A stretch of DNA of 64,000 nucleotides from Octopus sinensis (lineage: Eukaryota), in the NCBI RefSeq assembly GCF_006345805.1, contig NC_043000.1:104718001-104782000 (forward strand), written 5' to 3'. Below the pieces are notes generated by a model. That model saw only the letters and a list, made by a program, of their open reading frames with translations. It did not search any database and was not told the origin of the DNA. The number at the start of each line of letters is the position of its first letter. The stretch's first letter is position 1. Shown one piece after another: positions 53,346-64,000 of the stretch. Made by a program: the position numbers and the translations under genes.

Positions 53346-54376
53346 ATTAATCAGTGATTAATACTGTTTGTTTTGTTTTGTTTTTTTACGCTTCCTGCAT
53401 TAAATATATAAGCACCCTTTTAACTTGTACCTGTTAAGGTTCAAATTGTTGTTGTTTAACCGAAGGTCAACCCTGATTGAGCAAATTTATGATCAAATGG
53501 CCTTCCAACCTTCACCTACACGCCTTTCTAGTGGTGTCTAGAACTACAATCAAACCTTTTATTTTTAGATGGTAGGATGAGATTTGATATTTTGGGTAAG
53601 TCAATCAGCCGTGTAGAGGTTCGAGGATTCGGGTTGCTATTTTAAAACCGGTGCGCAGCGCCTATGTACATACGATGAGAGCAGTGTATTTTCCAACGAA
53701 ACTGTCGGAAAATAGAAGCAGACAGTTTCATAGTTAAACAAAATTCGGAAAATACCAAATGTCCGAATTTACCTCTTCCCACAGCATTTATTGTATTTGA
53801 TGAATTTCATGTTTACACATTCCCTTACCAATTCAGGCCATCACCAGTTATCTCGGAAAGCTAAGCATTTCAAGGTAGATAACTTGTCGAAACAAGTTAC
53901 CTTTTATAGTTGTTCCCCCTGATTATTACACCGATATTATAATAGAAGCTATTACATAATGGAAGAATTATAACATCCATTTAAAAGGCACACTATCATT
54001 GCATTCACGATTGTTTTGTTTTGTAATAGTATTTAATACTACAGAGTTTCAAATTCGTCAAAGATCTAAGACACTTATTTCACAGTAGGAAATTGCTACA
54101 AGGGCCCCCAGGGAAATACCTCATTTTATAAATGTTCCTATTTAATATTTTAATGTCTAAATTTATAACAGTTTCAAATGTTAATGACTTGAATTGCGTA
54201 TTCGTTTTCATTTTAAGTTTTCTTTTTTTTTTAAGCGTTACAGTGAAATTTGTAATCTTTTATTACTTGTTTCAGCCTTTGGACTGTGGCCATGCTGAAG
54301 CAGCACCTCAAACGGTTTAGTTAAACAAATCAACCCTAGTACTTAATAAATCTTAAAATTTTTTTTTAGTCATTTC

Positions 54377-54755
54377 GGTAAATTTTTTGAGTAACACCCG
54401 CACGATTTCCGCTAAGAAAAAAAAAACTCGGATTTTTTGCGTGGAATCAAGTACCCTGACCTCCTAATATGCTGTAGATCTCTTGTTTTGGTTCGAAAAG
54501 TGGGGTGCGAGGGGGAATCCTCCCCGTCTCGGAATCATTGGAATTTTTTTTCCCTTTTTCCGTTGAATGAATTCATATGACCTCCTAATATGCTGCAAAA
54601 CCCTTTTTGGGGTCCGAAAAACGAGGTGGAAATTTCACCCCCACCCCATTGATCTTTTCACCAGCACGATTTTCATTAAGGCAAAAAATAATAATAGAAC
54701 TCGGATTTTTTTTTCCTTAGTAAAAATCATGCGGGTGTTACTCAAAAAATTTACC
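54377..54755. mobile_element. MITE-like element inserted in a family A SINE
   Basis: TIRs ggtaaattttttgagtaacacccgca..., first 26 bp perfect, 39/44 overall. SINE halves at 54265-54345 and 54760-54990. Confidence 0.7.
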
Positions 54756-55284
54756 AACATTTTTACCGAATCATTAATTAATGGGGATGTAAACAAAGCA
54801 ACACCAGTTGTCACGCAGTGTCAGGGAACAAACACACATATAACGTGCACACACACACACACACACATATAACAAGCTTTCACACAGTTTCCATCTATCA
54901 AATACACTCAGAAGGCATTGGTTAATCCAAGGCTATAGTAAAAGATGCTTGCAAAACAAGTTTCTTAAGCACACAGCTATGCTTGTGCCTATAAACTTCA
55001 TATTTCAAATATATCTTGGATTTTATTCCATAGCTAAGATTTATTAAGTGTAACACTTGAGCACAAGGCATCATAAGCAGAATATTATAGATATCTAACT
55101 AGTTCTATTTATGTTCAATTACAAAGAAAACTGGGAAATCAGTAATGAAGGAAGTAAGAGGACTATATTACTTGATTTGTACACCTCACTATTACAAGTT
55201 CCAAAAATATCATTAAGACACTGAGGATGAAGTGTGTTGAAGTGCCAGCTCCATTTACACCATTAATTCCCTGGGGCAGCAATA

Positions 55285-55600
55285 ATGTCACACCATTACA
55301 TCTCTCCAGCCATACAAATAAATGGAGATAGATTCAATCAACTAATATTCTCTAGCCATACAAAACTTTTTGATATTTCAAATACTATTTATCTTATGCA
55401 AAGTTACAGGGGAATGAGATGCTGTGACATTTTTGCCTTACATCATCCGGGAAAATACAAAGGTTTTGTCTTCCTTTGCATGTTTTTTTACAAGATACCA
55501 TCTTCTGGGCTACAGCAAATTTTGAGACTAAGAATGAATAATCAAACAAGCATTTTATTAGGCTTCCTAACAATTCTGCCACAACTCACCTCCTCCAGTA
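55285..55600 (+). mobile_element. Possible Penelope GIY-YIG remnant
   Basis: SNTIYLMQ...LRLRMNNQ resembles PLE SNVIYLIQC...LRxRMNxH. Confidence 0.3.
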
Positions 55601-56479
55601 CTACTTACTTTTCATGTATGTATATATTACAATTATTCTTCTGCTCTTCAACCTTTCTGTACTAATTGTCATCAGTCAATCTCCCCTGCTTTCCCTTGGA
55701 ACTCATATTTATCATCATCCACTATTCACACCTACCCATTTCACACTCTTGCAACCTCTGTCCACTCATCTTCCCTGATCTTTTGTTCCACTCTTTCCTA
55801 TTCACTTTGTACCATGAAGACACATTCTGACACCTTGTCATATTATCTTGATCATTCTTCCCAGCTCCACCTTGTTTAATATAAAGCCATGTATCTCCTT
55901 TACCACAAAAAAGCTGTTCCCATCTCTTCTCTCATAATTTAACTCCTCAACACCTAGCAAAATTATACCTCCTTCTCTATTATACTCTTGTCTTGCAGGT
56001 TACTAGTACTGACATTAAGTAAAAGCACTTAATACACTTAGTAAAGTGGTTAGCATTAAGAAGAACACCCAGCCATGCCAAAATAGATATTGGAGCATGA
56101 CACAATCTTCTGGTCTTGTTGAACTATCAAACTCATGCCAGCATGGGAGATGGGTGTAAAATGATTATTATTTATACGTACATACATATAATCATCATCA
56201 TTTAACATCCACTTTTCTATATTTGCTGGCTCAGACTGAATTTCTTCAGGCAGATTTTCTACAACCACATGCCCTTCCTATGACCAATCATCACCTATTC
56301 CCAAACAAGGTAATGTTTCTCTGTGCTCAGACATCTTTTTCACAGAAGACCAGGAATGAACAACTTCACTTCTATGATGATTATGTTCATTTACAATCAC
56401 CATATAACGTCTGTACCAGGACACACACACATATACATATGTCAATATATTTAGATAGGCTCCCATGCAGGTAGCACGT

Positions 56480-56715
56480 AAAGAACACCTTTTGAGCATG
56501 GTCGTTACCAGAACCGCCTGACTGGCCCTCGTGCCGGTGACACATAAAAGCACCCACTACACTCTCGGAGTGGTTGGCATTAGGAAGGGCATCCAGCTGT
56601 AAAAACTTTGCCAGATCAGATAGAAGCCTGGTGCAGCCTTCTGGCTCGCCAGTCCTCAGTCAAAACCGTCCAACCCATGCCAGCAAGGAAAGCAGACATT
56701 AAACGACGATGATGA
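56480..56715 (+). mobile_element. RTE-type 3' end repeat (family D) with (GAT)n tail
   Basis: gtggttggcattaggaagggcatccagctg...aacccatgccagc...aaacgacgatgatgat. Confidence 0.7.
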
Positions 56716-56720
56716 TAGAT

Positions 56721-56955
56721 AAGGCAGCGAGCTGGCAGAAACGTTAGCACTAACGTTTCTACCAGCTCAACGGGCGAAATGCTTAGCGGAATTTCACCTG
56801 TCTTCGTGTTCTGAGTTCAAATTCCTCCAAGGTCGACTTTGCCTTTCATACTTTCAGGGTCGATAAATTAAGTACCAGTTACATACTGGGGTCCATCTAA
56901 TCGACTGGCCCCCTTCCCCCAAAATTTTGAACCTTGTGCCTACAGTAGAAAAGAA
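56721..56955 (+). mobile_element. SINE family B with an internal foldback
   Basis: Family match plus a 19-bp inverted duplication at 56729-56768. Confidence 0.8.
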
Positions 56956-58470
56956 TATATTTAGATAGTCATTCTCCTAGTTAAGTAGCTATATATACAT
57001 ACTGAATAATAGTGGATGTAAAGGTTACCTAATTGATAACATTGTAATTTGAGTTATATGAAATGGGTAACAGAAAATGCTGTCATGGACTTGAAAAGAA
57101 TGCCAAATTAATAGCAGTACTTAAGTGGTACTTTATCTTTATCAATCAATGAAAAGCAAAATTGACCTTAGCAAGAATCAAACACAAAAAGTAACATGCT
57201 TTAACAAAGTACTACAAACATTTTGCCTCATGTTCTAATGATTCTGCCAACCCCATCCCACCACCATTACCACCAGGTATACTGACGGCATTAATAGCAT
57301 AAACAACTCAGTTGACTAAAAGATTAAAATGAATCATCATTCACTGGAGTGTTGATCACATTTACAATATCTATATCTGCATTACATTTCAATTCACCAC
57401 ACCATCAGATGTCTTTATACAAAATTATCTTTGCCCTCTTGAAAACTTTATAACCAACTAGATGTCAACTTCATTCCACTTCTTGAGTAAGATTATAAAC
57501 AGTTTGGTGATTGAAATATAAAAAAATAAACTGAGCTCATTCTTGATTGACCTTTTCACATTGACACATTTATATCGAACAATGACCTACCAGTAAGTAA
57601 ATTTATCTTCCTTGCTCAGTAGATTTACTTGTGGTCTTATCAAATTAAAGGTACAACTAATCCAAAAACACAAACTCATATATGTGCCTATAATGAAGAG
57701 AAAACATTTAACTGGAAAATAAAAAAATTTTTTAATCAGCAGGTAGCTAAAAACTACATACTCCATCAGCTTCAATCGTGATCAAATGAATGCTTATCTT
57801 GAACAACAGTGTTATCTACAGAGAAGCATATTATCAACACAATTTTAAGGTTGACTCATAATATGCAACAAAGTCAATCTAAAACTTTCCATAGTTTCAT
57901 CTATCCAGTTTTACACACAATATGGAACCTTAGTCTATAGTAAAAAAATACTTAAGATGCCATGCAGCGACATTAAAGTAGGGTCCACTTAACTGTGTAG
58001 GAAACTTAACCACTGGGTCATATTTGTGTCAACATCATGGTTGAATTGTTGCAATACACAATGAAACTGTATTGTTTCAGGGTCATATGAACAAAATGCA
58101 AGCAATAGTGGTAAGATATGCAACATTACTACTTAACACCATAATACCTGGATCAGTGAAGCTAGTTAGGTTGTTTAGCTCAAAGGATGGTTTGTTTAGT
58201 AGAGTCATGAAGACTAGTTTACATGCCAGTCTACTGGCAACATCATCAGATGTGGAGTAGTGCCACTCACCTTTTCTCAAGCTTACAAGAGGGATAGATT
58301 TCACAATTGAAAAGTCCTCTAACATGTACTATCTTTGCAGTACTGAGTTTGCTTACAGCAAGCAGTGCACTTTTGCTGCGTAGTCTCTTATCAATCCTGA
58401 TCAAGATTTTTTAGGGGACCATATCAACTCCAATGCTTACTTCATCAATCTCTATTTGTAGCCACAGTTT

Positions 58471-59856
58471 CATCATCATCATCATCATCATTTAGCGTCC
58501 GTTTTCCATGCTAGCATGGGTTGGACGGTTCAACTGGGGTCTGGGGAGCCCGAAGGCTGCACCAGGCCAGTCAGATCTGGCAGTGTTTCTACAGCTGGAT
58601 GCCCTTCCTAACGCCAACCACTCCGAGAGTGTAGTGGGTGATTTTATGTGCCACCGACACAGGTGCCAGACGAGGCTGGCGAACGGCCACGCTCGGATGG
58701 TGTTTTTATGTGCCACCGACGCAGGTGCCAGACGAGGCTGGCAGACGGCCACGCTCGGATGGTGTTTTTATGTGCCACTGACACAGGTGCCAGATGAGGC
58801 TGGCGGACGGCCACGATCGGATGGTGTTTGTTACGTCCCCAAAGCACGGAGGCCAGTCTATGCGGTACTGGCTACGGCCACGTTCGGATGATTTTCTTGT
58901 GTGCCACCGGCACTGGTACCACAAAGATACAAATTCCATTGATGTTCATCTATTTTGATTTGATTTGATTTTCACTTGCCTCAACAGGTCTTCACAAGTG
59001 TCACAAGAAGGGAGGTATGCACAGGTGGACTGACTACGTCCCAGGTAGGGGCCACGGGTTATGGCCTGACTAGTCTTGCCGGGTCTTCGGATGGTGTTTT
59101 TATGTGCCACCGACACAGGTGCCAGATGAGGCTGGCGAACGGCCACGATCGGATGGTGTTTGTTGCGTGCCCACAGCACGGAGGCCAGTCGATGCGGTAC
59201 TGGCTACGGCCACGTTCGGATGGTTTTCTTGTGTGCCACCGGTACTGGTACCACAAAGATACAAATTCCATTGATGTTCATCTATTTTGATTTGATTTGA
59301 TTTGATTTTCACTTGCCTCAACAGGTCTTCACAAGTGTCACAAGAAGGAAGGAAGGTATGCACAGGTGGACTGACTACGTCCCAAGTAGGGGCCATGGGT
59401 TATGGCCTGACTAGTCTTGCCGGGTCTTCGGTTGGTGTTTTTATGTGCCACCGACACAGGTGCCAGATGAGGCTGGCGGACGGCCACGATCGGATGGTGT
59501 TTGTTATGTGCCCACATCACAGAGGCCAGTCGATGCGGTACTGGCTACTGCCATGTTCGGATGGTTTTCTTGTGTGCCACCGGTACTGGTACCACAAAGA
59601 TACAAATTCCATTGATGTTCATCTATTTTGATTTGGTTTGATTTGATTTGATTTGATTTTGATTTTGATTTTCACTTGCCTCAACAGGTCTACACAAGTG
59701 TCACACACTTGCCTCAACAGGTCTTCACAAGTGTCATAAGTAGGAAGGTATGCACAGGTGGACTGACTACGTCGCCGGGTCTTCGGATGGTGTTTTTATG
59801 TGCCACCGACACAGGTGCCAGATGAGGCTGGCGAACGGCCACGATCGGATGGTTTT
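58471..59856 (-). mobile_element. Family D retroelement 3' region expanded into a nested tandem array
   Basis: (ATG)n tail at 58471-58490. About 59-bp subrepeats. Units of about 332-355 bp start at 58757, 59089, 59430 and 59785. Confidence 0.8.
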
Positions 59857-61757
59857 CTTCAAATTACACAAACAAAACATTGGTCAATTTGAGGCTTGTA
59901 GTAAAGGGTACTTGCTCAAGATATCATACAGTGGAATCAGACCCAAAGTGCTCCAGCCATGATTGCCACATCTTTTTAGGAGGTATATATATAGGACTAT
60001 ATAGTCCAATGCATCCTTTCCTTTTTAAAAACAGTAGGGTATGGTTTGAAGATTTGACAGCAGGTTGAGTAAGAATGTAGAGGTTCCTTTGTTTGATCAG
60101 GCAGTGTACATTATTTCCTTATGCTACAGATGTACAGGAAAGTAAACAAAATTATAGAGAATTAGACGTCTTTATCAGGAACACTGTAGCACAAATTGTA
60201 AGATACAAACCTTTGATCTCTTTACCAGTCTAGTAGACCACGAATACTGCATCTATTCACACAGTTGTAACCTTCACTCACTCAGTTTCATAATTTTAAT
60301 TGTGACATAATATTCTTTAATGACAGCTAATGAATAAGTGATTCAAGAGAAAACAGGAAATACACATTCTTTTGATTTTTAGTTCATTCATTCATTTATT
60401 TTTTATCATTCTTTTTTTTTTCATTTTCAGTTTTATTTTGTTGGAAAGTCAGTGAGGTGAGGACAGAATTAGTCATTTGGGAATTTGTGGGTTACAAAGA
60501 ATCATTACTTTGCAAATGTTTCTTAAATAGTAATAATTTTTTTCCAGCATGAGAACAGGGCCACACTTTTGGGGGAAAGGGGAGGTATTGTCAATTGAAT
60601 CAACTCATTTTGTAATTTATTATATTGCAGCCTGGAAGGTTGAAAGACAAAGTCAACCTCAGCAGGATTTGAACTCAGAACACAAAGGAACATGAGCAAA
60701 TACAAGACATTCAATCCATCACTATTACTTTCGTCAAGTAGTAATAATGACATAACTTTGGTACAAGATGACAAATTTAAAGGGAGGGGTGTTTGAGGAG
60801 GGTTGTTAATATGCATGCCTTTTCCTAAGCATATTAATGATAAAAGTGAAATAGTTTCAACTGGGAATTAAACGTGGCTTGTTGGTTCCATTCACTGATA
60901 ATTTACATAACAAAATAATATTTCTAGCCTAGACATAAGGCCAAGAATTTGGGAAAGGGAACAGTCGATTAAATCAACCACTACTTGACTAGTACTTATT
61001 TAATCGATTATGGAATGATGAAAGGCAAAGTTAACCTTAGTGGTGTTTGAATTTAGAGTGCAAGGCATTTGTCTGTTGTGCTAATGATTCTGCTAATCCA
61101 TAATAACTGCTTGACTGGGTATGAAACCTAAAAATTTAGAAAGAATGAAAAATTGGAAGTTGTATTATTCATACCTTTCCTGAGGACACTGCACGAATTC
61201 TAGCACAGCAATGATGGTCACTTTTAAGCTATGCTTGAGGTAAAATATACAGGGAAGAGTAATTTGACTAAACAGGTCAAACTTATATTGTTGTTCCAAA
61301 TATGATGAGAAGCAAAGTCAATACTAATGGGGTTTGAACATAAATCAAAACTGCTCGCAATAAGGAAAATGTAATACATCACAAAGCTGGCTGGCTCTAT
61401 TGTCAGAATCATCTCTACAACAACCATGAGAGAATATCTGGTAGTGGTGATGGTAGTAGCAGTAGAATATTATTTTGAAGGAAGGGGAAGGGAAGAAAAG
61501 AAATTGCCATCAAAAATAGGAGTTAGGGGTTTCAGAGTTTATTTTTAAACTGTCTTAAACTGTCTCTGCTGTAGTGGGAAGACTAGATAAGGCAAACTAT
61601 GAGGTTATTTGATATGATTATAGCCATAGCAGTGAACATGTGCAGCTTCTGACCAGACAGCAACTTAACAAAGAAGCTACAAAGAAGAATGGGGGATGGA
61701 GAATGATGAAGAGAAGAGAGAGGGAATGATGGACAGAAAGATACTGGTAGGGAGAGA

Positions 61758-62633
61758 TCAGATTAGATAGGCTATAACAATATACATAATAAGACAAGTA
61801 ACCAGCATGCCCACAAAGAGAATGATTTTGTCCTGAGAAGTACGCTTCTCAATGAGTCGCATAACAGTGTTTGACAATCCAAGCATGTTAGCAATGTCAA
61901 GGATCTTCTTGTGTGTTCCCTTCAGAGTAACACTCTGTTCTTTTAAGCTGCTCAGCACATTGGTACCAGCACCAAGCAGATCATCAATGCCACGGTGGGA
62001 ATTCTGCAGTTGGGTGTTGTGCCGAAGTGCATGGTCAATTTCAATTGAGGTGTTGTCATCATTGGTGGTGAACTTGCGTGACAGCAGTGCTTCCCTTTCA
62101 CGTTCTTCTTCTTCTCGGCGGTAACTGAAGAGGGAGCAGAATAAGCATTAGAATAAACATTAAGGAAAGAGCTAGTTAAAGAGTTATAACTAAATGAAAT
62201 AATTAACTTATACTAATTAATCTAAACTACTTCTGTGTTGTGTAATCACATATTTTATACATATGTCTGTGAACACTACATATTGATTGGTTTGAGTTTC
62301 AACTACCAATGTGAAAGGAAGTGGAAAAAAAGAGATGAGCTTTCAGCCAACAGATACTTACCGTTTGTGTTGTAAATGCCTCATGGCTGTCTGCAGATGC
62401 TGACAATCATATTTCAACTGGTCAACTTTCATCTTGGCTACAGCTCGACGGCTGACTGGTTCCTTGTTGACAAATAAGTCAAGTCGTTCACAATGACTAG
62501 TAATCATATCAATGTGGGCTTGAATATCATTCTCAATGATGTGCACATTTTGGTCAGTAGCACGTTCCAGAGCACTGAGATTTTGCCACACCTCTTGGAC
62601 TAGTTTGTTTGTTTGGTGATATAGATTATCCAT
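61758..62633 (-). CDS. GOSR2: Golgi SNAP receptor complex member 2 (membrin, Qb-SNARE); join(62633..62362, 62124..61758), 212 aa
   Basis: [15 protein letters not shown]...[19 protein letters not shown]|[22 protein letters not shown]...[29 protein letters not shown]...C-terminal TM. Canonical GTAAGT...CAG 237-bp phase-2 intron. Gly falls at residue 144 as in human GOSR2. Confidence 0.95.
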
Positions 62634-63607
62634 ACTGGCAAATATTCTTGTTCAACTTTTTTCATATACACACAAGCACCTCTAATGAGGTACCCTAGAC
62701 TCAAAAACTTATGGAATGGTAGCAATCTGAAAAATAACAAAATACTTTAATAAGCAAAATGAATACACACACAAACATACTGAGCTAAACACAACATTAT
62801 GAATCAATAACATTGGTAATATATCCTTGGTTGTCCTAACCCCTAAATAACACTAGTGTTACTACTATTTGGCTCCTAAATCCTTACAGCAAGAAGACAC
62901 AACAAGCATTTAGTAGACAACTGGCACATATTACAGAATAGTATGCAGCATCACATTAATAATGATAATAATGGTTTCTAATTTTGATACCACTGATCCC
63001 AGCACTTGACTGATAATTTATTTTATCAACTTCAGAAGGACAAAAAGTAAATTTGAATTTGCAGAGATTTGAAATCAGAATGTAAAAAACTAGAGCATAG
63101 TATTTTCTCTAATGATTCAGTCAATCTATGGTGATTATAATAATAATAAGAAAAATTTCTTACATTCAAACAAGACTACAGATTTGCAAGAAAATGAAAT
63201 GAATAGACTCCAGTATATGCTGATATTTTATCAGCTTCATTGGGCTAAGAGACTAAGTCCATTCATTCAAGTGGAATTTAAATGCCAGTTTCAGTCATAA
63301 GAACATAAACAACAAAAGCAAAATACCTTTTCTAAGTATTCAGTAAATTCAGTTGTTGCAAGGAGAGTAGAATCTAACATTTCAAGTCTTGTCCTTTGCC
63401 TAAGAGTGAGAAACAGAAAAATATGGCCATCTTAGGTTAGCAGCAATTTACTGGTTGGCAATCCAACTGATGTTACTACTTTTCTCTATTTTTCATTCTC
63501 TAATTGAGAGCAAAGTCTGAAATGACAGACTTTACTCTTCATGACAGCTTAACTTATCAAACTCTCCTATTGACTATTGTAACTGGTAAACTGTCATCAG
63601 TTTATAG

Positions 63608-63680
63608 TTATATAAATTCTTCAACCTGTCTCTCTCTTTTTTCAATGAATTGTTCAAATCGTTTTTGCCTTTCATTCTTC
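63608..63680 (-). CDS. Candidate terminal coding exon of an upstream gene
   Basis: cttgtttttaatccag|G then KNERQKRFEQFIEKRERQVEEFI*. Good acceptor and a charged helical peptide; protein not recognised. Confidence 0.3.
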
Positions 63681-64000
63681 CTGGATTAAAAACAAGATTT
63701 ACATGTACTGGTTTTCATTTAATTAAGCACAAAATCTCCCAAAATGTGTGACCTAGTGGCTATGTAAGAAATCATTATTTACAGAGTTCATTTCACAGAC
63801 AAATATTTCTTAATCCTTCAAATGTTTCTATAAATTTCAGTCGACATTAAGTAGATTAATAAAAATGGAGTGGTATGTTCCTGTCATTTATGATAATGTG
63901 AAGAAAAATTTCAACCAGGACTGATTTAAGTAATCTAGGGTGGGGCTCACACTTATCAAAGAGTTTCTCTTATACAGGTTCCTTGGATTAGAGGAAAGGC

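Noticed and set aside
54060-54130. LLQGPPG Walker-A-like peptide
   Set aside because: Not followed by GK(T/S), and no donor site at the required position.
58660-58690. Hammerhead-like CAGA(T/C)GAG...GCGAAC in the 59-bp unit
   Set aside because: Core deviates at invariant positions (CAGA instead of CTGA; GAAC instead of GAAA) and stems I/III could not be built.
58637-58880. CRISPR-like regularly spaced ~59-bp repeats
   Set aside because: No unique spacers, no cas genes, eukaryotic context; contiguous tandem units.

Overview
Eukaryotic, AT-rich and extremely microsatellite-dense DNA. From the repeat families it is most likely a coleoid cephalopod (Octopus-like); this is inference. About 50 kb is a mosaic of (TACA)n, (CA)n, (TA)n and (AAT)n tracts and decayed mobile elements. 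These include R4/Dong-type RLE LINEs, Tx1/L1-type LINEs, Penelope-like remnants, several tRNA-derived SINE families, Helitrons, a mariner derivative, a Gypsy gag remnant, a MITE and a large AT-rich foldback-like satellite. The only confidently identified gene is GOSR2/membrin (minus strand, 2 coding exons, 212 aa) near the right end; a few other exons are candidates only. The most interesting pattern is apparent microsatellite-specific retroelement targeting. An R4/Dong-like family sits in (TACA)n, while a Tx1-like LINE and a SINE sharing its 3' end sit in (AAT)n. There are also several local template-copy signatures: a 42-bp-arm hairpin, a 19-bp SINE foldback, 124-bp and 47-bp dispersed copies, and a 264-bp tandem duplication. 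Almost all ORFs in the supplied track are translations of microsatellites. There are no CRISPR arrays, rRNA genes or bona fide tRNA genes.
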